Of a stretch of 24,000 bases of DNA, positions 1 to 8,233 are shown piece by piece (positions within the stretch are counted from its first letter, which is position 1; every line of letters begins with the position of its first letter). A program made the position numbers and the translations under genes. The notes beneath the pieces are model-generated. The model ran no database searches and had not been told where the DNA came from. It was given only the letters and a program-made list of their open reading frames with translations. Source of the stretch: Leucobacter sp. UCMA 4100 (GTDB lineage Bacteria; Actinomycetota; Actinomycetes; Actinomycetales; Microbacteriaceae); assembly GCF_027853335.1 (NCBI RefSeq), contig NZ_JAFEUS010000002.1, positions 1,014,514 through 1,038,513 on the forward strand, in the 5' to 3' direction.

Positions 1-67
1 CGGCGAAGGCCGGCGCGGGCGGGTACACCCGCTCTTCGCTGAGCCTCAGCTCATCGGTCACAGCCAT
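1..67 (-). CDS. 5' end of a minus-strand ORF running off the window (22 codons, MAVTDELRLSEERVYPPAPAFA); possibly an acetyl-CoA synthetase/AMP-forming ligase N-terminus
   Basis: An ATG at 67-65 overlaps the stop of the upstream permease by 10 nt. The 'YPP.P.FA' string resembles actinobacterial Acs N-termini from memory. The fragment is too short to be sure. Confidence 0.3.
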   Translation of the reverse strand, partial: MAVTDELRLSEERVYPPAPAFA

Positions 68-879
68 CGTTTAAGCACCGCCTTTTCAAAGAACACGAGT
101 ATTGCGTTGGTGAGGGTTCCGAGCAACGCGAGCAGCACGATCGCGAGCAGAATGCGATCGACGCGGCCGGTTTGCTGCGAATCATCGAGCATCCACCCGA
201 GGCCCATCGAGGCGCCGAGCAGCTCGGCAGCGACGAGAAACAGCCAGGCCTGCGCGAGCGCGAGTCGCAAGCCCGACACGACCGCGGGCACGACGGCAGG
301 CAGTTGTACCGTGCGAAAGAGCGACCAGCCCCTCAGGCCGAACGTGCGGCCAACCTCAACGAGCTGCGGGTTCACCTGTTGCAGGGCGTCGGCGACCGTC
401 GTGAAGACCGGAAAAAACGCGCCGATCGCGATGAGGGTGATTTTCGACTGCTCGCCAATGCCGAGCCACAGAATGAGCAGCGGAACCCACGCAAGCGACG
501 GCACCGCGCGGATCGCCACGAGAATCGGTGCGAGAAGCGCACTGCCGGCCCGCGAGAGCCCCACGACCGCCGCCGCGACGAGCGCGATCAGCGCGCCGAT
601 CGCAAAGCCGATGAAGACACGCTGCACCGAGATCGCGACGTGCAGCCATAGTTCGCCCTTCTCGGCGAGCTCAACCCCCGCCTCAACGACCGCCCACGGG
701 CCAGGCAGACGGTAATCGGGCACCAGACCCGACGCCGTCACCCACTGCCACACCGCGAGCAGCGCGAGCGGCACCACGAAGCCCGCGGCCACCCGCACCG
801 AGGCGCGTGACCAGAGGGGCTCGCGTGGTTTTACCGCTGGCGCCGCTTCGAGCTGCCCGACCGCTTGCGCGTTGCTCAC
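58..879 (-). CDS. ABC transporter permease, NitT/TauT (sulfonate/nitrate/taurine) family
   Basis: 273-aa ORF with multiple hydrophobic helices and a BPD-type permease core (…AIRAVPSLAWVPLLILWLGIGEQSK…). Its start overlaps the SBP gene stop by 4 nt, placing it in the operon. Confidence 0.85.
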   Translation of the reverse strand: MSNAQAVGQLEAAPAVKPREPLWSRASVRVAAGFVVPLALLAVWQWVTASGLVPDYRLPGPWAVVEAGVELAEKGELWLHVAISVQRVFIGFAIGALIALVAAAVVGLSRAGSALLAPILVAIRAVPSLAWVPLLILWLGIGEQSKITLIAIGAFFPVFTTVADALQQVNPQLVEVGRTFGLRGWSLFRTVQLPAVVPAVVSGLRLALAQAWLFLVAAELLGASMGLGWMLDDSQQTGRVDRILLAIVLLALLGTLTNAILVFFEKAVLKRWL

Positions 880-1922
880 TTGCTCGCCTTGAGCGCGAAG
901 GCGTCGTGCACGATCGTCGAGATGGCCTTGGCCAGTGCTTCTTCGCCGCCCTTCACGTCACCGGAGTCGGCAATGATCGGCGCAATTGCCTCAAGCACCG
1001 CAACCTGCGCTTCGCCCGGAACGCCAGAGACGTCGAGGTTCGAGCGCTCATTCACGACGGTTTTCGCGACCTCAAGGTCGATCGACGCCGCATCGGCCAA
1101 GAGCTCGGCCACCGCATCGGGGTTCTCGAGCGCCCACGCGCGTGCCTCTTCGTAGGCGTCAACGACCACCTGCGCCACATCGCCGTGATCGGTGATGAAC
1201 TGCTCGGTCGCGTTCAAGAAACCATACGTGTTGAAGTCGACGTTGCGGTACAGCAGGGTGTCGCCCGACTCGACCTCGGCGGCCGCCATGATCGGGTCGA
1301 GGCCGCTCCAGGCCGCGACTGATCCGCTATCGAGCAACGCCCGGCCATCGGCGTGCTGCACGTTCTGCACCTCGACGTCGTCAAGGCTCAGCCCCGCCTC
1401 GCCGAGCGCCTGCAGCAGGAAGAAGTACGGGTCGGTGGCCTTCGTCGCGGCGACCTGCTTGCCCTTGAGGTCTTTCACCTCGGTAATGTCGCTGTCGCCG
1501 GCGACCACGAGCGCCGACCACTCGGGCTGCGAGAAGATGTCGATCACCTGAATCGGGCTGCCGTTCGCGCGAGCGAGCAGCGCGGCCGAGCCAGCGGTCG
1601 ATCCCACGTCAATCGCGCCAGAACGCAGCAGCTCGTTCGCCTTGTTGCTGCCCGCCGACTGCACCCACTCGACCGCGACGTCATCGCCGAGCGCCTCTTC
1701 GATGAGCCCCTGGTCTTTCACCACGAGGCTCAGCGGATTGTAGGTGGCCCAGTCGATCGACAGCGTGCTCGTCGACCAGTCGCTGCCCTCGGCGGGAGCC
1801 TTGTCAGCGGTGTTCTCGCCCTGCACACAGCCCGAGAGCGCGAGTGCGGTGAGGCCTGCGGCGAGCGCCGCGCCGGCCTTCGCGAGGGCCGAGGTTTTGG
1901 TTCGAATGGTCGAGCTGGTCAT
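876..1922 (-). CDS. ABC transporter substrate-binding lipoprotein, NMT1/SsuA-like
   Basis: 348-aa ORF with a signal peptide and lipobox (LALSGC). It sits between the ATPase and permease genes of a sulfonate/taurine-type importer. Confidence 0.75.
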   Translation of the reverse strand: MTSSTIRTKTSALAKAGAALAAGLTALALSGCVQGENTADKAPAEGSDWSTSTLSIDWATYNPLSLVVKDQGLIEEALGDDVAVEWVQSAGSNKANELLRSGAIDVGSTAGSAALLARANGSPIQVIDIFSQPEWSALVVAGDSDITEVKDLKGKQVAATKATDPYFFLLQALGEAGLSLDDVEVQNVQHADGRALLDSGSVAAWSGLDPIMAAAEVESGDTLLYRNVDFNTYGFLNATEQFITDHGDVAQVVVDAYEEARAWALENPDAVAELLADAASIDLEVAKTVVNERSNLDVSGVPGEAQVAVLEAIAPIIADSGDVKGGEEALAKAISTIVHDAFALKASK

Positions 1923-1975
1923 GATTCTCCTGGTGATGTTCGAGTGGTGTGTTGCGGCGTGATGGTGGGGCCGCT

Positions 1976-2920
1976 TTAGCCCGCGTGCACGCCAAGTCCG
2001 TTGAGAAGCCCTGCGCGCAGGTCAGTGAAGCTGCGAGCGCCGCGGTCTCTCGGCCGTTCGCCGGCGACCGTCACGTAGCGCGCAATCGACGCGCTCGTGC
2101 GTTCGGGGCCGCCCTCAGCGCCACCGATGAACTCGGCCGCCCGCGCGGGGCCAAGCGCCCCGATGCCCGAGCTCGAACCGAGCGCGACAACCCGCGGCTG
2201 CGGGGCCTTCGCTTGTTCCCGCGAACGCTCGTCGAGCAGGTTGCGCAAGAGCAGCACGTGGTCGGCGAGGTAAATTGCTTCTTCGACGTCGTGCGTCACG
2301 AGCACAATGGTCGTTGGCTGCGCACGGTGAATGTCGAGCAGTAGGTCGTGCATCTTGAGCCGCGTGAGTGCGTCGAGCGCGCCAAACGGTTCGTCGAGCA
2401 GCAGCACCCGCGGGTTTCGGGCGAGCGCCCTCGCAAGCGAAACGCGCTGCGCCATGCCGCCCGAGATCTCGCTCGGCCGCTGCTTGGCGGCGTGCGCCAA
2501 GCCAACGAGGTCGAGCAGTTCTGCGACGCGCTTCGTCGCCTCGCGGCCGCGCACTCCCCGCGGAAGCCCCAGCGCAACATTGTGCTCAATCGTGCGCCAT
2601 GGCAGCAGTCGCGGTTCCTGAAACGCGATCGCGGTCGTCTCGTCGTGTGCCCTGATCGCTTCGCCATCGATGCGGATCGCTCCCGCCGTCGGCACATCAA
2701 GTCCGCCGATGAGCCGCAAGAGCGTCGATTTGCCGCATCCCGAGGGCCCGACGATCGCGATGATCTCGCCCGCCTCAACGTCGAGCGTCACGTCGCTCAG
2801 CACCGTGCGGGCGCCGTGCTTGCCTACGAAGGTACGCTCAACGTCGGTGATCTGCACGCGCCCGGCGGCGCTTACTGGCGCCCCGTTCGGGCTCGCTGTG
2901 GTGGGGGCTTCTTGCAACAT
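1976..2920 (-). CDS. ABC transporter ATP-binding protein (SsuB/TauB-like) with an extra C-terminal tail
   Basis: Walker A GPSGCGKST, signature ISGGMAQRVSLARAL, Walker B LLLDEPFGALD and an H-loop VTHD. About 70-80 residues lie beyond the normal end of the NBD. Confidence 0.9.
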   Translation of the reverse strand: MLQEAPTTASPNGAPVSAAGRVQITDVERTFVGKHGARTVLSDVTLDVEAGEIIAIVGPSGCGKSTLLRLIGGLDVPTAGAIRIDGEAIRAHDETTAIAFQEPRLLPWRTIEHNVALGLPRGVRGREATKRVAELLDLVGLAHAAKQRPSEISGGMAQRVSLARALARNPRVLLLDEPFGALDALTRLKMHDLLLDIHRAQPTTIVLVTHDVEEAIYLADHVLLLRNLLDERSREQAKAPQPRVVALGSSSGIGALGPARAAEFIGGAEGGPERTSASIARYVTVAGERPRDRGARSFTDLRAGLLNGLGVHAG

Positions 2921-2987
2921 ACGTATTAAGATGCCCGACCCTGGGCGGGCCGTCGAATGCAGGTGTCACACGGTGTCACCTGACGTA

Positions 2988-3011
2988 ACACGGCGAAACA
3001 TTTCGCGGTGT
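2988..3011. promoter_or_regulatory. 24-bp imperfect palindrome ACACGGCGAAAC/ATTTCGCGGTGT upstream of the sulfonate-type ABC operon
   Basis: 10 of 12 positions pair. It lies 68-91 nt upstream of the ATPase start at 2920. GGTGTCAC repeats flank it at 2962-2969 and 2972-2979, with GGTGTGAC at 3007-3014. Confidence 0.3.
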
Positions 3012-3130
3012 GACGCGAGTGGCGCGCGAGTTTAGCGGGGTTCGCGTTCGGGGCTACGCTGCTACACCCGGCCTCGCGCACACTGGGCCGATGGCAGCCT
3101 GCGTCTGGGCTTCTCCTGCGCCCCGAGGCT

Positions 3131-3218
3131 CGCCGAGTGAGTATGCGTTCGCCGACAGAGCATCGAATACACGCGTTTTTCATGCTTAGTCGGCAAAACG
3201 ATACTCAGTCGGCGAAAC
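3131..3218. repeat. Copy A of an ~84-bp element with terminal inverted repeats, at the left island border
   Basis: CGCCGAGTGAGTAT (3131-3144) is the inverted repeat of ATACTCAGTCGGCG (3201-3214) with 1 mismatch. It has an internal tandem 19-bp unit: atgcttagtcggcaaaacg / atactcagtcggcgaaacg. It shares exact 18-mer and 19-mer blocks with copy B. Confidence 0.8.
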
Positions 3219-3281
3219 GGTTTTCATTTAGCACCGTATTGTGGGTCCCAGAAGCCCTTACAACCTCGTCATAACACTGCT

Positions 3282-4070
3282 TTAAGAGCTGAGATGTGAG
3301 AGGAACTGTTTCAGATGTGGCGACTGCGGTTCTGCGATCATTCTCGTTGCTTCTCCGAGTTCTTCGATCACCCCGTCACGCATGAAAGCGATTCGATCTG
3401 CAACGTGTTGCGCAAAGTGCATCTCGTGCGTCACCACAATCATTGTCATGCCCTCCTCAGCAATCTCACGCATAACATGCAGTACTTCACCGACAAGCTC
3501 AGGGTCAAGAGCAGAGGTTGGTTCATCGAACAGCATGAGTTTTGGCTCCATAGCAAGGGCACGCGCAATGGCCACCCTTTGCTGCTGACCACCTGAGAGC
3601 TGCGAAGGATAGTGATTTGCCCGGTTTGAAAGACCCACCCGTTCGAGATACTGCAGCGCTTTTTTCTTGGCGTCAGAGCCCGAAATGCGCAGTACTTTCT
3701 TCAGGCCAATCGTGACGTTTTCAACGACTTTGAGGTGCGGGAACAGGTTGAAGTGTTGAAACACCATTCCAATGTGCCGCCTAGACGCTGCAAGCTCTTT
3801 GTCAGTCGCTTCGTACAAGCGCCCTCTGTCCTCGGTCGCGCCTACCAAACGCCCGTCGACAGAGACATATCCTTTATCGAGTGGCTGCAAGGCGTTAATC
3901 GTGCGCAGCAACGTCGACTTGCCAGAGCCTGAGGCGCCAATAAGGCACAGCACCTCGCCCTCGTGAACATCGAGGTTCACGCCGCGAAGAACGTGGTTTT
4001 CACCAAAACTGACATGAATGTTGTTCATCTCAACAAGTGGGGTTTGCCAATCGATAGTCATACCGTTCAC
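3282..4070 (-). CDS. Polar amino acid ABC transporter ATP-binding protein (GlnQ/HisP-like)
   Basis: Walker A GASGSGKST, signature LSGGQQQRVAIARALAMEP and Walker B LMLFDEPTSALDPE. The ORF opens with GTG at 4070 (a GTGA overlap with the permease stop). The ATG at 4061 has GAGGA 9 nt upstream and is the likelier start. Confidence 0.9.
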   Translation of the reverse strand: MNGMTIDWQTPLVEMNNIHVSFGENHVLRGVNLDVHEGEVLCLIGASGSGKSTLLRTINALQPLDKGYVSVDGRLVGATEDRGRLYEATDKELAASRRHIGMVFQHFNLFPHLKVVENVTIGLKKVLRISGSDAKKKALQYLERVGLSNRANHYPSQLSGGQQQRVAIARALAMEPKLMLFDEPTSALDPELVGEVLHVMREIAEEGMTMIVVTHEMHFAQHVADRIAFMRDGVIEELGEATRMIAEPQSPHLKQFLSHLSS

Positions 4071-4987
4071 TCCTCAGAAACTGACAGTTGTGCCGCGCCA
4101 GCGACGCTTCGGGACATACGTTTTTCAAGGATTCTCTGGCCAAGAGAGGCAACAAACACCAGAATCAAGTACCAGGCAGAGACAACCAAAAGCAGCGGCA
4201 CCACTTGAAAGTTCTGGCCGTAAATGCGTTGAGCCATAGTGAGCAGATCGCCGCCGCCGATCACCGCGACAAGGGAGCTTGCTTTCAAGAGCAAGATGAA
4301 GAGGTTACCGGTGGCAGGGATGATCACTCGAATTGCCTGCGGCATCACAATGTGGATCATCGCCTGCTGCCTTCTCATTCCAAGCGCTTGCGCCGCCTCA
4401 GCCTGGCCGGGAGAGACCGCGAGTAAACCGCCTCGAATAATCTCGGCCATAAATGCTGATTCGTGAAGGCCAAGACCAATGATTGAGGCGGTAAAACCGG
4501 TGATGAAAGTATTGGTGTCAATTGAGAGTCCGAACACCGGGGGAAACCCGAGAACAATATTCGGCGCAAAAAGCGCCAGGTTGTAGGTGAAGAGTAACAG
4601 CACGAGGAGCGGCAGGCCGCGAAAGAACCCGACGTAGCCCTTCGCGAAGAGCTGCAGTACAGGGTTCTCTGATCGCATCATCATGGCGACCATAAACCCG
4701 ATAATGATAGCGACCGTCACACCGATCAGCGAGAGCTGGATCGTCTTCCAGAGCCCCTGCATAATCATCGGAGAGAAAAAGAACTCCCCGAAAACATCCC
4801 ACTGGACCCTCGGGTTTGATGCAAATGCCCAGGCAGCCCAACCGACCAGACCCACAATTGCGGCGCCCACAATCCAGTGATCCGGCCGTTGGCGTTTGGT
4901 CGGTGCTTGCGCAGCATCGATGCCTGCCCAGTTAATCTGCCGAGTCACAGGGGTACGACGAGTTTCTACAGACTTTCCGTTGTCCAT
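4067..4987 (-). CDS. Polar amino acid ABC transporter permease (His/Glu/Gln/Arg/opine family)
   Basis: 306 aa with an EAA-loop region GQAEAAQALGMRRQQAMIHIVMPQA and multiple TM segments. An AAGGGAAG RBS lies before the ATG. Confidence 0.85.
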   Translation of the reverse strand: MDNGKSVETRRTPVTRQINWAGIDAAQAPTKRQRPDHWIVGAAIVGLVGWAAWAFASNPRVQWDVFGEFFFSPMIMQGLWKTIQLSLIGVTVAIIIGFMVAMMMRSENPVLQLFAKGYVGFFRGLPLLVLLLFTYNLALFAPNIVLGFPPVFGLSIDTNTFITGFTASIIGLGLHESAFMAEIIRGGLLAVSPGQAEAAQALGMRRQQAMIHIVMPQAIRVIIPATGNLFILLLKASSLVAVIGGGDLLTMAQRIYGQNFQVVPLLLVVSAWYLILVFVASLGQRILEKRMSRSVAGAAQLSVSEE

Positions 4988-5012
4988 TGTCTTCCCTTTC
5001 TCAAAGTTGCGA

Positions 5013-5041
5013 GGGAGGGGCCGTCTGCTGCGACCCCTCCC
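5013..5041 (-). terminator. Intercistronic GC hairpin GGGAGGGG-N13-CCCCTCCC just after the SBP gene
   Basis: Perfect 8-bp stem starting 7 nt downstream of the SBP stop (5048) and upstream of the permease RBS. There is no U-tract, so it is more likely an attenuator or mRNA-stability element than a full terminator. Confidence 0.45.
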
Positions 5042-5047
5042 ATGCCG

Positions 5048-6043
5048 TTATTCGAGCCCGCAGGCTCCACAGAGCTCTGGATCTTCAAGCGGTCGAGTCT
5101 CACCAAGATTGATTCCCGGTTCGAGCAGGGCAAGCTCTTCAAGGTTCCATTTCTTCAGCGCCTCCTGGTATGTCCCATCGGCGATAGCAGCTTCAAGGGC
5201 GCCTGTGAGGGCTTTGGCAAGGTCGGTTTCGTCTTTGCCTACGACAATCCCGTGATAGTCAGACGGAATGAGCGGGCTCGCGAAGCTTTCCACTTCTCTT
5301 CCCTGCGACTCCTGCCACCGTGCAGTCGCCAGGCTGGTAAAGGTTGCATTAATCTGGCCTGCTTCAAGAGCCGTTGACACATCTGCTGCAGAAGGAAACT
5401 CGGTCACGGCAAGCGGGGGCAAACCATTTGCTTCGCAGTTTTGTGAGAATACCTCTGCGTTCTGCACAAAGTTCGTGGCAGTCTGCACCCCTGCTTTCAC
5501 ACCGCACATACTTAGCGGGTTCTCAGTAACTCCCGCCGGGTTAGCTTTCATGACCATCAGGCCGTTTGCCCCGTAAGCGTTATCGACGAAGGTCACAACC
5601 TTTCGCCGTTCTTCGTTGTCAGAAATACACTCCATGGCACCTTGAAACCTGCCGCTTTGCACGCCAGGAATCAAACCGTCAAATTGCAGGGCCTCCTGCC
5701 GAATTTCGACCCCAAGGTGCGGCTCCATGACCTTGAGAATGTCATGATTGTAGCCAGCAATATCACCCGTCGAGTTATCGACGAAGTCACACGGCGGGTA
5801 GCCAGGATCAGTTCCTATGATGAGGACCCCCGACTTCTGCACCTCTTCCGGGAGAAGCTGAAATAGCTCGTTATCGCCCTGGTCGGTCTTCGGAGATTGC
5901 GCACCGTTGCCTCCCGTCGATCCGCATCCGGTCACAGCGAGCGCTACGGCGGCCGCGGCACCGACGATACTGAGCCAGCTCCGTGCTTTACGTGATGATC
6001 TTTCAAACATGATGGTTCCTTTTCTTGTCGCGTTCCTCGTCAT
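5048..6043 (-). CDS. Amino acid ABC transporter substrate-binding lipoprotein (family 3 SBP)
   Basis: Signal peptide with lipobox LAVTGCGS and a periplasmic-binding-protein-like body, adjacent to the PAAT permease and ATPase. The likely true start is the ATG at 6010 (MFERSS…), preceded by AAGGAA. The 6043 ATG has no RBS. Confidence 0.75.
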   Translation of the reverse strand: MTRNATRKGTIMFERSSRKARSWLSIVGAAAAVALAVTGCGSTGGNGAQSPKTDQGDNELFQLLPEEVQKSGVLIIGTDPGYPPCDFVDNSTGDIAGYNHDILKVMEPHLGVEIRQEALQFDGLIPGVQSGRFQGAMECISDNEERRKVVTFVDNAYGANGLMVMKANPAGVTENPLSMCGVKAGVQTATNFVQNAEVFSQNCEANGLPPLAVTEFPSAADVSTALEAGQINATFTSLATARWQESQGREVESFASPLIPSDYHGIVVGKDETDLAKALTGALEAAIADGTYQEALKKWNLEELALLEPGINLGETRPLEDPELCGACGLE

Positions 6044-6055
6044 TGAGGTGAGCGA

Positions 6056-6754
6056 CTAGATGAGTTGTTTACTGAGTTCTACGACGTGCTTACGAATGAA
6101 CACGCCATAGGTTTGTAGGTCTTGTTCAGAAAGCCGAAACGATGGGCCGATCACGCTAATCGCGGCCACAATTTCTCCAGACGAATTCATGATGGGGGCT
6201 GCAACAGCCGCGGCATCGGGCTCGACTCTGGTCGCTCGAGAACACGCAAAGCCCCGCGGCCCCACGTCGTTCTCGAGCGCGGCACCGATCGCGGTGCCCG
6301 TAGTATCGATCGTTTTACCAGCCCAGCTCGCGTGCCGAATAGCGCGCGAGCTTTCAACCTGCCGCAAGTAAACGGCTTCCCGCTTACCCGAAATAACCGC
6401 CAGGTAGGCTGTCTCGCCGGTGTACTCAGAAATTGCTTTCAGATGCTTCTCGGCCAACTCATACAGCGAGTACCGGCTCAGCGTTTGAGCCCCGAGTTGC
6501 ACGAGTACGCGGCCGGGCCGGTAGGTTGCAGAGTCACCACGAAAAAGAAATTCAGCGCGTTCAAGCGTTTTCAGATGCCGCGCAACCGTCGTAACCGGAA
6601 GCATGCTGCTGCGCGCTACATCACTGAGAGTGAGCCCCTCATCAGATTCCGCGACTATGCGCAAAATATCGAGCGCCTTATCAACACTGTTTCTCGTTTT
6701 CTGTTCGTCGTCGAGCGTGGTCATGCCCGACAGCGAATCCTTGATCTGCTCCAT
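6056..6754 (-). CDS. IclR family transcriptional regulator
   Basis: N-terminal wHTH SVDKALDILRIVAESDEGLTLSDVARSSMLPVTTVARHLKTLE followed by an IclR-type effector domain. 232 aa. Confidence 0.8.
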   Translation of the reverse strand: MEQIKDSLSGMTTLDDEQKTRNSVDKALDILRIVAESDEGLTLSDVARSSMLPVTTVARHLKTLERAEFLFRGDSATYRPGRVLVQLGAQTLSRYSLYELAEKHLKAISEYTGETAYLAVISGKREAVYLRQVESSRAIRHASWAGKTIDTTGTAIGAALENDVGPRGFACSRATRVEPDAAAVAAPIMNSSGEIVAAISVIGPSFRLSEQDLQTYGVFIRKHVVELSKQLI

Positions 6755-6805
6755 TGCAACCCCAATACACCGTTGTATGTTTGTCGTTGTTCGTGTGAAA
6801 GTGTT

Positions 6806-8233
6806 CTACTCCATAAAGTCTTCCCTGAACCCTTTCCGTTCAATGATCTTCGCAGTGTCTTCGGGGGAAAGGTACGCTTCAAACTGAAGATTTTCGAACC
6901 CAGGATGGGGCAGGTCAGCCTGCTCAGGAAACCCAGCGAGTGGTCTCGTGGCATCGATCCCTACCTTTGCAGTGAGCGTGTCTGAGCCGATGGGCGTGAA
7001 GAACTGTTTTGCGCTCGGGTCCATGCGGATGCCCTTCATGCTTTCTAACCTGACGGTGTCAACGTCGGCTTGTACCCGAACATCAGCAGCCCAGAGCACC
7101 CTTCCTGTATCGAGCACATCAATATCGTCATCGACAACGATCACGTTTTTTAAGAAGTGATCGGTTGCGAAGGCGGCAAGAATAGCTTGTTTTCCGTCGC
7201 CTTCTTTGCGTTTTTTCACCGAAATATAGGCGCTAAACGAACCACCATGAAACGGGATTCGAGCAGCAACAGCGCCAGGAACCGATCGGCGCACTCCCTC
7301 GAGCAGACGCGCCTCACGGCCAGGGTAGAGCCAAAGACACAGGTGCTCAGCGTGAGTAGGGTGAAGGTCAAGAAAGATCGGGTTGCGGCGGTGCGTTACC
7401 GCGGTAATCGTACATACCGGAGCTTTTGCTTCACCGTAGTGATACGAGAACTCTCCGAATGGCCCCTCACTCAACATGTCGTGCGGGTCGACGACACCTT
7501 CGAGTATCATCTCTGCTTCAGCCGGCACCGGTAGATCTACCGAAACTGCCGGTGTCACCCGTAACGATTCGTTCAGTAGCCCTCCAACGATCTCGTGACT
7601 ATCGACGGCGACAGTATTTTTCACCTGTGAACCCACCAGGTATGCCGGGTGATGCCCGATGATAACCGCAATGGGAACCTTCTCTTGGCGTTCTCGTGCC
7701 GCCGCAAAAATTCGGCCGAGGTCATGGTCAGGAGCAGCGTTTACCGTGATCGTATGAGAGCCCGTCACCATCATGCGGTACATGCCGGTATTGAGTTTTC
7801 CGGTTCTCGGATCACGAGCGAGCACTACCCCAGCCGTAATGTACTCACCAGCGTCTGACTTAGAATGCTGCGCAAAGGGCATAGCTTTGAGGTCAATTTC
7901 GGCCTCTTGCAACACCACTTCTTGGCTTGCAGCATTCGATACGGTTATGGGCTCAGGGAGTTGCTCGAATGGCAGCTGGATAGCCCTTTCGACAAGCTCG
8001 CCTTTGTCAATACCGAGCGAGCGGGCGAGCCGCGCGCGGGTACCAAACGTTCCCATCACCACAGGCCACGGGCTGCCAGCAACCGATTCGAACTGCACCG
8101 CTGGCGCCCCATAAGGTTCGAGGGCCTTAACAACAGACAGGATCTCCGGCCCCTTGGTTACTGGCCGACGCACCCTCAAGAGTTCGCCGCTCTCTTCGAG
8201 CGCCGAAAGGTATTCCTGAAGATTCGGGTTCAT
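6806..8233 (-). CDS. UbiD-family (prFMN-dependent) reversible decarboxylase
   Basis: 475 aa. It has a UbiD-like N-terminus (…LEESGELLRVRRPV…) and an EGPFGE motif (E-x4-E) corresponding to the catalytic Glu loop of Fdc1/UbiD enzymes. An ATGA overlap joins it to the upstream lyase gene, and ubiX is in the same operon. Confidence 0.85.
   Translation of the reverse strand: MNPNLQEYLSALEESGELLRVRRPVTKGPEILSVVKALEPYGAPAVQFESVAGSPWPVVMGTFGTRARLARSLGIDKGELVERAIQLPFEQLPEPITVSNAASQEVVLQEAEIDLKAMPFAQHSKSDAGEYITAGVVLARDPRTGKLNTGMYRMMVTGSHTITVNAAPDHDLGRIFAAARERQEKVPIAVIIGHHPAYLVGSQVKNTVAVDSHEIVGGLLNESLRVTPAVSVDLPVPAEAEMILEGVVDPHDMLSEGPFGEFSYHYGEAKAPVCTITAVTHRRNPIFLDLHPTHAEHLCLWLYPGREARLLEGVRRSVPGAVAARIPFHGGSFSAYISVKKRKEGDGKQAILAAFATDHFLKNVIVVDDDIDVLDTGRVLWAADVRVQADVDTVRLESMKGIRMDPSAKQFFTPIGSDTLTAKVGIDATRPLAGFPEQADLPHPGFENLQFEAYLSPEDTAKIIERKGFREDFME

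Noticed and set aside
107-715. Long plus-strand ORFs (107..715, 172..651) inside the first permease gene. Similar antisense ORFs lie in the SBP, murJ (13690..14301, 13895..14545, 14234..15085), peptidase and holB regions.
   Set aside because: These are shadow ORFs on the opposite strand, or in alternative frames, of genes with strong family signatures. They are expected in high-GC DNA, where stop codons are rare.
2926-3183. 85-aa ORF, and its counterpart at 13256..13507, sharing a 'GERILT' peptide
   Set aside because: The shared peptide is a translation of the 84-bp repeat element (copies A and B). Both ORFs cross promoter and intergenic DNA and have no RBS or coding-like composition.
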